Shown here in pieces: positions 31,924 through 41,718 of a stretch of 64,000 nt of DNA. Origin of the DNA: Candidatus Woesearchaeota archaeon (lineage in GTDB: Archaea; Nanobdellota; Nanobdellia; SCGC-AAA011-G17; PNOQ01). How positions within the stretch are numbered: the stretch's first letter is position 1; the number at the start of each line of letters is the position of its first letter. The notes beneath the pieces were generated by a model, which searched no databases, was not told the origin of the DNA, and saw only the letters and a list, made by a program, of their open reading frames with translations. The translations under genes were made by a program, and so were the position numbers. The stretch is taken from contig JBDRML010000016.1 of assembly GCA_043812195.1 (NCBI GenBank), positions 1 to 64,000 on the forward strand, in the 5' to 3' direction.

Positions 31924-31983
31924 TGATCTTTATAGTAAATGAGTTCATAAGTTTTATAAAACAAATCTCGATTATTTCTGATA

Positions 31984-32961
31984 ATGAAAAAAGCACTTAT
32001 TACAGGTATTACTGGTCAAGATGGTTCTTACTTAGCAGAATTATTATTAAATAAGGAATATGAAGTTCACGGAATCGTAAGAAGAGCAGCAATAGAAGAT
32101 TCCAATCATAGATTAAGTAGAATTAAACATATAGAAGACAGCATAGAACTACATCCGGGATCTCTCGAAGCATATCCTACCATATTCAATATTTTTCAAG
32201 AAGTCAAACCAGATGAATGTTATCATCTGGCATCACAGAGTTTTGTTTTTGAATCATTTAAAGATCCATTCACAACATTCAATACAAACATTTATGGAAC
32301 ACTTCATGTTTTAGAAGCATTAAAAAGAGTAACACCAAATTGTAGATTCTATTTTGCAGGCACATCTGAAATGTTCGGAAATATAAAAGAATCACCACAA
32401 AATGAAAAAACCCCTTTCCACCCAAGATCTCCATATGGAATATCTAAAAACACTGGATTTGATTTAACTAGAAATTATAGGGAAGGTCACAATATATTTG
32501 GAGCTTCTGGAATATTATTCAACCATGAATCGCCGAGAAGAGGCCTAGAATTTGTTACAAGAAAAATAACAGATGGAGTTGCAAAAATAAAACATGGTTT
32601 AGAAAGTGAATTAAGATTAGGAAACTTAGACGCTAAAAGAGATTGGGGGTTTGCTAAAGACTATGTAGAAGCCATGTGGATGATGTTACAAGCTGAAGAA
32701 CCATCAGATTATGTGGTTTCCTCAGGAAGATCGCACTCCATAAGAGATTTCTTAGATATCGCATTCAACCATGTTGGTTTAGAATTTAGGGATTATGTCA
32801 AAGTTGATCCAAAATTCTTAAGACCAGCAGAGGTACACACACTACAAGGAGATTCATCAAAAATAAAAACAGAACTTGGATGGGAACCCAAAACAGAATT
32901 TGGGGATCTAATAAAAATGATGGTAGATCATGATATGGAAAGAGTCAAAAAAGAATTGTAA
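31984..32961 (+). CDS. gmd: GDP-mannose 4,6-dehydratase
   Basis: ALITGITGQDGSYLAE, PRSPYGISK, FNHESPRRG, RDWG. Confidence 0.95.
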   Translation: MKKALITGITGQDGSYLAELLLNKEYEVHGIVRRAAIEDSNHRLSRIKHIEDSIELHPGSLEAYPTIFNIFQEVKPDECYHLASQSFVFESFKDPFTTFNTNIYGTLHVLEALKRVTPNCRFYFAGTSEMFGNIKESPQNEKTPFHPRSPYGISKNTGFDLTRNYREGHNIFGASGILFNHESPRRGLEFVTRKITDGVAKIKHGLESELRLGNLDAKRDWGFAKDYVEAMWMMLQAEEPSDYVVSSGRSHSIRDFLDIAFNHVGLEFRDYVKVDPKFLRPAEVHTLQGDSSKIKTELGWEPKTEFGDLIKMMVDHDMERVKKEL

Positions 32962-32962
32962 A

Positions 32963-34117
32963 ATGAATATTTGTTTGATAAACCCTTCTTTCTTTCCAGT
33001 TAGAGGGGGAGGAGAACAATTAACATATGACGTTGCAAAGGAATTATCAAATTCAAACAAAGTAGTAATCGCAACAGAACAGTTACCAAACACAAAACCT
33101 ATAGAAATAATAAACAACATAAAGGTATACAGAGCAAAAACTTCAAAAATTCCATTCTTAAGATTATTTTTAAATCAAATATATTTCTACAAAATGTTGC
33201 TAAAAATAATCGATAAAGAAAAAATAAATTTGCTTCATATGTTTCACCTTTTCAATTTGGGAGGTGCGGCAGTTTTAGCCAAAAGAAAGAAAAAATTAAA
33301 ACTAATAACTAGTCTAATTGGATGGGACACATATGATCCAATAAAACCTGTTCCAAAATACGCATTTCCATACATGGCATGGGTAATGAACAACTCAGAC
33401 ACTGTATTAACTAGCTCTAAACACTTATTAAAATCTGCAAGAAAACAAGGTGCAAGAAAACAAATTCCAATAATCTCACATGGAACAAATTTGCATAGAA
33501 TAAAGCAAAAAACAATAGATATAAAAAAAAAATATAACATAAAAAAAGATGAAAAAATTGTTTTCTCTCTTCAAAGACTTCACAAAAGAAAAGGTTTAGA
33601 ATATTTAATTCTTGCAGCCAAAAAAGTTCTGGCAAACAAACCAAATATAAAATTCATAATCGGAGGAAAGGGTCCTGAACTAAATAATTTAAAAGTACTT
33701 GCCAAAAGACTAAGACTAGAAAAAAATATTATATTCGCTGGATTCATACCAGACGAAGAATTAAACAATTACTATCAAACTGCAGATCTCTTCTCATTGC
33801 CAAGTCTTTACGAAGGGTTTGGAATAGTTTATGTGGATGCTCTAATCAATGGATTACCAATAGCAACAACAAAATGTGGCGGTTCAGAAGAAATGGTAAA
33901 CAAATCAAATGGAATTTTAGTAAAACCAAAAAGTAGCGAACAATTAGCCAATGCAATCTTAGAAGTATTAAACAAAACATGGAATAAAAAAGAAATCAAG
34001 AAAAATGCTGAAAAATATAAATGGGAAAATATAATAAAAAAATACGAAGAAATTTATGAAAAACTATCTTTTTCTGTATCTAATAACCCAAAACAACACA
34101 TTCTTAATCCAAGCTAA
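32963..34117 (+). CDS. GT4 glycosyltransferase
   Basis: FFPVRGGGE; RKG; LPSLYEGFGIVYVDA. Confidence 0.9.
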   Translation: MNICLINPSFFPVRGGGEQLTYDVAKELSNSNKVVIATEQLPNTKPIEIINNIKVYRAKTSKIPFLRLFLNQIYFYKMLLKIIDKEKINLLHMFHLFNLGGAAVLAKRKKKLKLITSLIGWDTYDPIKPVPKYAFPYMAWVMNNSDTVLTSSKHLLKSARKQGARKQIPIISHGTNLHRIKQKTIDIKKKYNIKKDEKIVFSLQRLHKRKGLEYLILAAKKVLANKPNIKFIIGGKGPELNNLKVLAKRLRLEKNIIFAGFIPDEELNNYYQTADLFSLPSLYEGFGIVYVDALINGLPIATTKCGGSEEMVNKSNGILVKPKSSEQLANAILEVLNKTWNKKEIKKNAEKYKWENIIKKYEEIYEKLSFSVSNNPKQHILNPS

Positions 34118-34711
34118 ATTAAACAAAACTGCAAACAACAACAACAAAACCACTAATTGATTAAAAATAATCAAAACAGATATAACTAAATTCTGTATTG
34201 CAACATCTACTTCAATTGGTTTCTGATCTTTTGGTTTTGAATCTTCAACATTAAATTTAACTTTAGTAAATAATGCACTATGTCTCCAAAACAAGGTGCT
34301 TATAATAGCCAAAATAGATAAAACCATAACAAAAAGAGAGGGTTCATTAATATAAATCACAACAGAAATTGCTATAAGAATTATCAATTCCCTTATTCTA
34401 TCTAATATTCCATCAAGCCATGCTCCAAATTGAGAAGCTTTTCCTTTAAGTCTAGCAAGTTCTCCATCAACCAAATCAAAAACCCAAGAAAACCAATAAA
34501 CTATTCCTGCAAATACATAATTCCCATTTAATAAGAGAAAAGCAGAAAAGACACCAATTAAAAAACTGAGAACCGTCACAAAATTTGGAGAAATAAATCT
34601 AAGCTTATAAAAAAGCACAGTAAAGGGATATGAAAACAACCTACTAAACTCGAACAAATAAGATTCCTTAAAAGATTTTCTTCTCCTTCTCCATAAAGAT
34701 TGCATTCTCAA
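34064..34711 (-). CDS. CDP-alcohol phosphatidyltransferase family protein
   Basis: SPNFVT; complete DxxDGxxAR..GxxxDxxxD motif (DLVDGELAR..GAWLDGILD). Confidence 0.9.
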   Translation of the reverse strand: MRMQSLWRRRRKSFKESYLFEFSRLFSYPFTVLFYKLRFISPNFVTVLSFLIGVFSAFLLLNGNYVFAGIVYWFSWVFDLVDGELARLKGKASQFGAWLDGILDRIRELIILIAISVVIYINEPSLFVMVLSILAIISTLFWRHSALFTKVKFNVEDSKPKDQKPIEVDVAIQNLVISVLIIFNQLVVLLLLFAVLFNLAWIKNVLFWVIRYRKR

Positions 34712-34801
34712 AAACTACAAAACCTCGTATATAAAGTTTATTAAAATTAATTTAGAATCCACAAAGCTTAAGAATAGTATAACATTCCAAATCATGTTTA
34801 A

Positions 34802-35563
34802 ATGAATTTAAAAGAGAGATACAATAAAATAAAAGAGCACTCATTCAGCAGAGCCAGAAAATACAAAGGATTTGACAAAATCTACGATACATTTATGAGA
34901 GTTATAACATTTATACCAGTATTCATTTTATCCTTTTTTCCTATAACAGGTAACGCTGTATCAATATTAGCCATTTTAGGTAATTTTCTAGCATTCTATT
35001 TATTTATAACTCAACAATTTATTTTAGGTATAATAATCATTTTTGCTACTGAAGTATTAGATTACATGGATGGAACTGTAGCAAGGATAAGAAATGAAAA
35101 AAATCCAATAATGGGTAGCTTTTTAGGAAGGTTATATCATGTAGTTAGTTTTGGGATAATTTTTATCGGTATTTGTATAGGAATTGGTATTTGGGAGATG
35201 GGTATAGTATTAGGGATTAGTTATTATATCAGAGTATATATGATAGAATTAAGAAATAGTCTATTAAACATAGTCCACAAAGATATTCAAAAACCAGAAG
35301 AAACAAAAAAACAAAACAAATTATATAAATTTATCAAAAATCTTATAGTATTTCCAATAAGTGATGGAAAGGTTATTATTCTAATAATTTTAATTAGCAT
35401 AATATTGGGCATTTTAAAAGAAGTTATGATATTTTATGCAATTCATTCAGTAATTTTAGCTTTAGCAGTATTTGTAATAACATATAGACAATTAATAGCA
35501 AAAAAGAAGGAACCTACAGAAAATAGTAACATAAACATTAAAAAAGAAGAAGAGGTAAATTAA
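34802..35563 (+). CDS. CDP-alcohol phosphatidyltransferase family protein (variant motif)
   Basis: TGNAVS; DYMDGTVAR..GSFLGRLYH. Confidence 0.8.
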   Translation: MNLKERYNKIKEHSFSRARKYKGFDKIYDTFMRVITFIPVFILSFFPITGNAVSILAILGNFLAFYLFITQQFILGIIIIFATEVLDYMDGTVARIRNEKNPIMGSFLGRLYHVVSFGIIFIGICIGIGIWEMGIVLGISYYIRVYMIELRNSLLNIVHKDIQKPEETKKQNKLYKFIKNLIVFPISDGKVIILIILISIILGILKEVMIFYAIHSVILALAVFVITYRQLIAKKKEPTENSNINIKKEEEVN

Positions 35564-35598
35564 AAAATCGTTTCAAAAAACAAAGGAGGAAATAAAAA

Positions 35599-36033
35599 AT
35601 GAAAATAGTTTATTCATATTATGTATTAGATTTGGTACATAAAGGACACATTCTTCAAATGAGAAATTCTAAAAACTTTGCAGGTGAAGATGGAAAACTA
35701 GTTGTTGGGATTTTAACAGATGAAGCCGCAATGGAAAAAAAACCAAAACCAATTATGCCATTTGACGAGAGGGTAATTCTCGCTAAAGCCATAAAATATG
35801 CAGATGTAGTTATTCCGCAAGAAACTTATTCTCCAATAGATAATATAAGAAGAATAAAACCAGATATTTTAATGGAATCAGTAAGCCACAATGAAAAAGA
35901 TATAAAAGAAGCGATTGAAGTAATGAAAGAATGGGGTGGTAAAGTCATAATAACTCCAAATTACCCACAACAATCTTCAACAAATTTAAAAAAAGAATTA
36001 AGAAGAACTAACGCTAAAAGGGAGGAAATATAA
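35599..36033 (+). CDS. HxGH cytidylyltransferase (TagD-like / PEP-mutase-associated type)
   Basis: DLVHKGH, VVGILTD, PFDER, VIPQET, EWGG, SST; its stop overlaps the phnD start (TAATG). Confidence 0.85.
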   Translation: MKIVYSYYVLDLVHKGHILQMRNSKNFAGEDGKLVVGILTDEAAMEKKPKPIMPFDERVILAKAIKYADVVIPQETYSPIDNIRRIKPDILMESVSHNEKDIKEAIEVMKEWGGKVIITPNYPQQSSTNLKKELRRTNAKREEI

Positions 36034-36968
36034 TGAAAAAAACAAATTTGGCAATCGGAGCGTTAGTAATACTCTTAGGAATAGTATTAATTTTTCCAAT
36101 TATATCTGGAGAAGAAAAATTACAGGAAGAGATAACAGGAGACATTGTTAAAAATACAAATGAAATAAAAGTCTTAAAGATGGGTTTAATCCCTGCAGAT
36201 GACGCAGCAGAAATGCTAAGAAATTATGAACCTATTAAAGAATACCTATCTGAAAAATTAGGAATTCCAGTAGAAATTCAAGTAACTTCAGATTATACTG
36301 CTGCAATTGAAGCAATGAGAGCAAAACATATTGATATGGCATGGTTTGGACCATTCTCATACATAATAGCAGCCAATGTTGCAGACGCAGAAGCAATAGT
36401 TAATGGAGTTAAAGAAGATGGAAAATCTACCTACAAATCAATAATAGTAGTTAATGCAAATAGTGGAATAAAAACATTAGAAGATTTAAAAGGCAAAAGT
36501 TTCGCTTTTGTAGATCCAGCATCAACGTCAGGAAATTTAATACCTAGAAAGATGTTAATTGAAAATGGAATAGATCCAGACAACGATTTTAGCACTCAAT
36601 ATTATGCTGGCACACACAATGCAGTACAATATGCAATAGCAAACGGAAAAGTAGATGCAGGAGCAGATAGTGATAATTCATATTACAGAATGTTAGAAGC
36701 TGGAGAAATAGATTCTGAAGTTAATATAATCATTTACGAATCTGAACCAATTCCGGGATCTCCAATAGCAGTTAGGGGAGGCTTACCTAAAGATTTCAAA
36801 AAAGCCATCCAAGATGCTTTAATAGCAATGGAAGAACAGACAATCCATAAAGTAGATGGTTGGGGTGGAATTATAAGGTATCAAGCAGTCACAGATAGTG
36901 ATTACGACATTATTAGAGATACTGCAAAAATATTAGGAATGGATGTAACAAACCCAGACGCTACTTAA
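36033..36968 (+). CDS. phnD: Phosphonate/phosphate-ester ABC substrate-binding protein
   Basis: DYTAAIEAM, WFGPFSY, DPASTSGNLIP, GTHNA, IPGSP. Confidence 0.9.
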   Translation: MKKTNLAIGALVILLGIVLIFPIISGEEKLQEEITGDIVKNTNEIKVLKMGLIPADDAAEMLRNYEPIKEYLSEKLGIPVEIQVTSDYTAAIEAMRAKHIDMAWFGPFSYIIAANVADAEAIVNGVKEDGKSTYKSIIVVNANSGIKTLEDLKGKSFAFVDPASTSGNLIPRKMLIENGIDPDNDFSTQYYAGTHNAVQYAIANGKVDAGADSDNSYYRMLEAGEIDSEVNIIIYESEPIPGSPIAVRGGLPKDFKKAIQDALIAMEEQTIHKVDGWGGIIRYQAVTDSDYDIIRDTAKILGMDVTNPDAT

Positions 36969-37021
36969 ATAAATTATTTTTTATTTTTTTATAATTCTAA
37001 AATAAGAAAAATAAAATAAAA

Positions 37022-37768
37022 ATGATAAAAATAGAAAACCTAACCCATACTTACAAAAATAGAAATGAAGAAGCAATTAAATGTATTAATTTGCACATCA
37101 AAAAAGGAGAAAGTATAGTTATAATAGGATCAAGTGGATCTGGAAAATCAACATTACTAAGATGTATCAATAAATTAATAGAACCTAATTCTGGAAAAAT
37201 ATTAATAGAAGATGAAGATATTATAAATTGTTCAGCTAAAAAAGCAGAAAAAATACGTGGAAAAATTGCAATGATTTTCCAGAATTTCAACCTTATAGAA
37301 AGAGAGAGTGTTCTTAAAAACGTTTTAAATGGAAGATTAAAATATAATAGCACAATCAAAACTTTATTCGGAAAGTTTTCTAAAGAAGATTATAATATTG
37401 TAAAAGAAAACATCAAAATAGTTGGATTGGAAGGATACGAAGAAGAAAGAATCAATAATTTAAGTGGCGGACAAAAACAAAGAGTCGCTATAGCAAGAGC
37501 ATTGTCACAAAAACCAGATATCATTCTAGCTGATGAACCAGTATCAAACTTAGATCCAATGCTAATGACAGAAATAATGGATTTACTTAAAAGTATTTGT
37601 GATAAAAAAAATATAACACTTATAACAAGTTTGCATTTTCTTGAATTTGCAAAAAGATATGGTACAAGAATAATAGGAATGCGAAACGGGCAGATTGTTT
37701 TTAATGGGACCCCAGAAGAACTTACAGAAAGAGACATAGTAGAAATATACCAAAAAACTCAAAACTAA
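37022..37768 (+). CDS. phnC: Phosphonate ABC transporter ATPase
   Basis: GSSGSGKS, IFQNFNL, NVLNGRL, LSGGQKQRV, ADEPVSNLDP, SLH. Confidence 0.92.
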   Translation: MIKIENLTHTYKNRNEEAIKCINLHIKKGESIVIIGSSGSGKSTLLRCINKLIEPNSGKILIEDEDIINCSAKKAEKIRGKIAMIFQNFNLIERESVLKNVLNGRLKYNSTIKTLFGKFSKEDYNIVKENIKIVGLEGYEEERINNLSGGQKQRVAIARALSQKPDIILADEPVSNLDPMLMTEIMDLLKSICDKKNITLITSLHFLEFAKRYGTRIIGMRNGQIVFNGTPEELTERDIVEIYQKTQN

Positions 37769-37778
37769 CTTGCCAAAA

Positions 37779-38570
37779 ATGACTAAACTAAAACTCCCAA
37801 AAAATAAGTATAAAGGAATTATTATAGGTATATTAATAGTCATAATCTATTACTGGGCCATTACTGGAACTGAAACAAGCCCTATTAATTTTGTCAAAGG
37901 TCTTCCAAATATGGCAGATTTCATCAGTAGAATGTTCCCACCAGACATAACTAACTTAGAAAGATTTCTATTAAAAGCTGTAGAAACTCTACAAATGGCT
38001 ATAGTAGGATCAACATTAGGAGCATTAATAGCACTACCATTATCATTTTTGGCTGCAAGAAATATAATGCACAATAAATTAATATATCATACAACAAGAA
38101 CTATATTTGATGCTTTAAGAGGAATTAACGAAATAGTATGGGGTCTAATTTTTGTTTCAATGGTAGGACTAGGACCATTTCCAGGAGTATTAGCATTAAC
38201 AGCGCACGTTACAGGTGCGTTAGGAAGATATTTTTCAGAAGCAATAGAAACAGTAGATCCAGAATCAATAAGAGCTATTGTCTCAACAGGAGCAAGCAAA
38301 ATTCAAGTAATAGCTAGAGGAATTTTCCCACAAGTTAAACCACTATTTGCCAATTATTCCTTGTACTATTTAGAAAATAATTTCAGAGCTGCAACAGTCT
38401 TAGGATTGGTAGGAGCAGGAGGAATAGGTATGGAGCTCATCACAAGTATGAGACTATTCAAAAACCAAGAAGTTCTAACTATTCTAATAATAATGGTATT
38501 AATGGTTATAATGATAGATCGATTAAGTGCATTCGTTAGAAAAAAGATAATTAAAATTGAAAATGTTTAA
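37779..38570 (+). CDS. phnE: Phosphonate ABC transporter permease
   Basis: ETLQMA, GLGPFPGVLAL, FSEAIE, ENNFRAATVLGLVGAGGIG. Confidence 0.92.
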   Translation: MTKLKLPKNKYKGIIIGILIVIIYYWAITGTETSPINFVKGLPNMADFISRMFPPDITNLERFLLKAVETLQMAIVGSTLGALIALPLSFLAARNIMHNKLIYHTTRTIFDALRGINEIVWGLIFVSMVGLGPFPGVLALTAHVTGALGRYFSEAIETVDPESIRAIVSTGASKIQVIARGIFPQVKPLFANYSLYYLENNFRAATVLGLVGAGGIGMELITSMRLFKNQEVLTILIIMVLMVIMIDRLSAFVRKKIIKIENV

Positions 38571-38588
38571 CAAAAATTAAATAAGACT

Positions 38589-38756
38589 TTATTGCATAAT
38601 TGCTTCTTCACTCAATTTACCTTCTTTTAAAGCTTGTACCCTTTCACAAACCTCAAAAATTCTTGACAATCCAATATTCATTGCTTTAACCAAAGTAGGA
38701 TTAAATTTAGAAAGAACAGAATCTTCATAATACCTTGATTTAATATCAGCTATTCT
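38589..38756 (-). pseudogene. Start-less gene fragment, possibly the C-terminus of an HD-domain protein
   Basis: 55-codon frame RIADIKSRYYEDSVL..RIFEVCERVQ with an upstream stop; family assignment from memory only. Confidence 0.3.
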
Positions 38757-38815
38757 TTATCTAAAAAACATTCTCGCACCATTTACATTACATGCATAGC
38801 CCACTTATAATCTCA

Positions 38816-39478
38816 TTATGCATCAATCTTTGATACAGCCTTATAACTATTCTTAAATGAATAAATAACCATTAAACTTGTTATCAACAAATAACCTAAA
38901 TTTAATACCATCATTAAACCAAGTATTTTACCAATAATTATCATAGGCAAATAACCTTCAAAACTTAAAGCAATTCTTATTACTTCGTTCTGTTTTCCAC
39001 CGACTTTCTTACTTTTTTTGTTTGTAGTTTTTAGTAGATTATCTTTGTATCTAAAAGAAATCTGACTAAGCAAATAAAATATTGCAGATGTTACACCAAC
39101 CACTAAATAACCACTTCCAATTCCAACACCTATTAAAAGCGTTATTAAAGATACAATATGAAACATGTGGTCTAAATATGCATATGTCTTATTGTTTAAG
39201 TTATTTGTTGAGTGTGCTATTGCACCATCTACGCAATCTAAAATATGGCCCAAAATTAAGAACAACATTCCAATCCAAAACTCATTAGATAAAAAGAAAA
39301 TTATTGCAGGTATTCTACTTAAGATTGCTAACCAAGTGATTGTATCTGGCTTTATCTTTAACCATTTAAATGAATAATAGAATGGAATTGAAAGTATTAT
39401 TAAACAACAATATACTATCTTCCATATTAAAGGATTATTCTTAAACTTCCTTTTTATGGTTACTTCGTATAGTTCCAA
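38816..39478 (-). CDS. CDP-alcohol phosphatidyltransferase family protein (variant motif)
   Basis: KPDTIT; DCVDGAIAH..YAYLDHMFH. Confidence 0.8.
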   Translation of the reverse strand: MELYEVTIKRKFKNNPLIWKIVYCCLIILSIPFYYSFKWLKIKPDTITWLAILSRIPAIIFFLSNEFWIGMLFLILGHILDCVDGAIAHSTNNLNNKTYAYLDHMFHIVSLITLLIGVGIGSGYLVVGVTSAIFYLLSQISFRYKDNLLKTTNKKSKKVGGKQNEVIRIALSFEGYLPMIIIGKILGLMMVLNLGYLLITSLMVIYSFKNSYKAVSKIDA

Positions 39479-41384
39479 GTATCACATCTCCTGATTTTTT
39501 TGAAGAATCAAATAAATTTTCCCTTATGGATAAATTCCTCTTCTTTATGCTTTCTAATATTCTTAAAAAATGTTCAATACTAACATTTCTAATATCAACT
39601 TCTAATAACTCGTGTTTCCCCAAACATTTTTCTGAAAATCCTTCCGTATCTTTATATTTTATTATTATTATTGGTCTATCTACGTATATTGCTTCTAACA
39701 CTATTGATGAAAAAAATGTTATTACTAAATCATATTTTTTTAGAAAATCATATTTATCACCCACATTTTTATCTTCATAAACTTTATTAGAAATTTTATT
39801 ATAGATTTCTTTATTTTCTTCAGATGGATGCATCTTTATATCTAACTCAAAATCTCCCTTCAATTTTTCACTTAATTCTTTTATATAACTCTCATACTCT
39901 TTGATTGTTGATGTTCCTTCTTCCACAAAAGCATTTGTGCATAACAAAACTTTCTTCTTTGGTTTCTTTACAAAACTATATCCCACCAAATGTAAGTTTT
40001 CTTTCTTCGCCCCATTCTTTAATAACATATCTTTTAATAAATGATTATAACACAATACATGGCAATTATCTGGGTATGTATATTCTACATCGGGAATAAG
40101 GAAACCATGTGTCAATCTAAAACAAGGTATATTCATAGACTTACCCGCAATAATCATACACTTTTCAACAAGGTTTCCAAATCCATCTAACAAAACACAT
40201 TTACAATCGTACTTTTTTATTATATCCAAACAAATTTTATAATAAATGTTTATTAATCGTATTACTTCTTTTGAATATATAAAATCTTCTGGAGGAATCT
40301 TTGTTTTTTTATATTTAATATTATTCGATTGAAAAATAGAGTCAAAATAATTGTATATCATATCCTCCCTATACCTAATTCTTTTACTTGATAACTTATC
40401 GAAATAGATTACTTTTTGTGCATGTCCCAAACTTTTTATGTAATTATAAATATCGCCAACTCTTTCTAGTTCATCACCTTTCTTTCTTATTAATGGCAGT
40501 AAGTATAGTATATCATACTTATTATTATCTTTTATTTTTTTAGACGCAATCAGCTTTGTTATTTGAGAGATATACATTGCTTTTCTATATATATTTCTTT
40601 TTTCACCGTATACCCATTTTGGCATTTCACCAACTAATATTTTCTGTTTAAAAAACAATCCAATGTTATAATCGCCGATTTTATAATTCTCATCTATACT
40701 AAAATTGCCAGATTTTTTATTGATAGATGAACCTTGCATAAGATCTTGCCCCTCCATTATTTTTACTCTTTTTTCTTTTTTCTTTTCAATAATTAAATTC
40801 ATCCATTTTTTTTGGTATTTTATGTTATAATCTTCATAAAATTCAATTACATCAAACCCATTTTCATTAAACATCTCAATAAACTCATCTTTAACAAATC
40901 GCCTTCTAAATCTTTTAGTTACATTTTTATAATCTTCTTTAATAAAATACCCTTCTTCTGATTTTTCATTTATAGTGGTACAAACAAAAATACATCCATT
41001 CGGCATTAATAATGATTTTAATTTGTTTAATATTATTTTTGTTTCATCTTTTGGAAATAAGTGTATAAAAGCATCTAAAATTATTCCATCATATTTTCTA
41101 TCAAATTCCTTTTTTAAGAAATCTATAACTTCTAATTTTGCTTCTGGAACATTCTTTTTAGCAAATTTAATCATCTCTTTTGAACAATCAATACCATAGG
41201 TTTTAAATCCAAAATTATTTAAAATATGTAAATCAAGACCAACGCCGCAACCAATATCTAAAACTTCTGGTTTCTTGAATCTTTTTGCTAATATTTTTTT
41301 AAAGGGTAATAATACTTTTGTTTGATACAAAATATTATTTTTATTTCTTTCATTATATTCTTTAGCAACAGAATCATAGTTCAT
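39441..41384 (-). CDS. SAM methyltransferase fused to a GT-B-like polysaccharide transferase domain
   Basis: N-terminal LDIGCGVG/FIHLFP; C-terminal LTHG, KMHPSE, DLVITFFSSIVLEA as in CDP-glycerol/sialyl-type transferases. Confidence 0.7.
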   Translation of the reverse strand: MNYDSVAKEYNERNKNNILYQTKVLLPFKKILAKRFKKPEVLDIGCGVGLDLHILNNFGFKTYGIDCSKEMIKFAKKNVPEAKLEVIDFLKKEFDRKYDGIILDAFIHLFPKDETKIILNKLKSLLMPNGCIFVCTTINEKSEEGYFIKEDYKNVTKRFRRRFVKDEFIEMFNENGFDVIEFYEDYNIKYQKKWMNLIIEKKKEKRVKIMEGQDLMQGSSINKKSGNFSIDENYKIGDYNIGLFFKQKILVGEMPKWVYGEKRNIYRKAMYISQITKLIASKKIKDNNKYDILYLLPLIRKKGDELERVGDIYNYIKSLGHAQKVIYFDKLSSKRIRYREDMIYNYFDSIFQSNNIKYKKTKIPPEDFIYSKEVIRLINIYYKICLDIIKKYDCKCVLLDGFGNLVEKCMIIAGKSMNIPCFRLTHGFLIPDVEYTYPDNCHVLCYNHLLKDMLLKNGAKKENLHLVGYSFVKKPKKKVLLCTNAFVEEGTSTIKEYESYIKELSEKLKGDFELDIKMHPSEENKEIYNKISNKVYEDKNVGDKYDFLKKYDLVITFFSSIVLEAIYVDRPIIIIKYKDTEGFSEKCLGKHELLEVDIRNVSIEHFLRILESIKKRNLSIRENLFDSSKKSGDVILGTIRSNHKKEV

Positions 41385-41718
41385 TTATCTATTTCCTTCC
41401 TAATTTTTATCAATAAATATTCTTATTATTCTTTTTAGGCATACTAAAAATTCTAGCTCTTGCCTTAACATACACAAAAAGATATTTACCCCTCTTTATA
41501 AATTTTATTAAAAAAGAAACCCATAAAACTTAAAAAGACAAATATATTTTAAAATCTAAAAGAAATACTGCAAAAACACAGCATATATTAAAAAGTTAAT
41601 CTATATATTAATTATAATTACTACCTTAAAAACTACTTAGAAAGATAATAGAACCTATCAGTAAAAATAAATTCATTTTTAATAAAATTTATAAGGTATA
41701 AAAAAAACACTTAATTTA

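Larger units (their letters stand above)
31568..31942 (+). pseudogene. Internally deleted GT4 pseudogene interrupted by a MITE
   Basis: MKIALLIPSFLP..KNGFLVPSQDLELFTEK [MITE] TNILIQNKDLREK/SLESENIYKTKFITEKIIKQIIDLYSK*; one frameshift. Confidence 0.75.

Noticed and set aside
36033-38570. Classical phosphonate catabolism or phosphite oxidation operon
   Set aside because: No phnG-M, phnWX or ptxD in the window; cannot be excluded elsewhere in the genome.
41385-41718. Possible ncRNA or gene in the long AT-rich intergenic region
   Set aside because: Only tiny ORFs and TATA-like boxes for divergent promoters; no stable structure seen.
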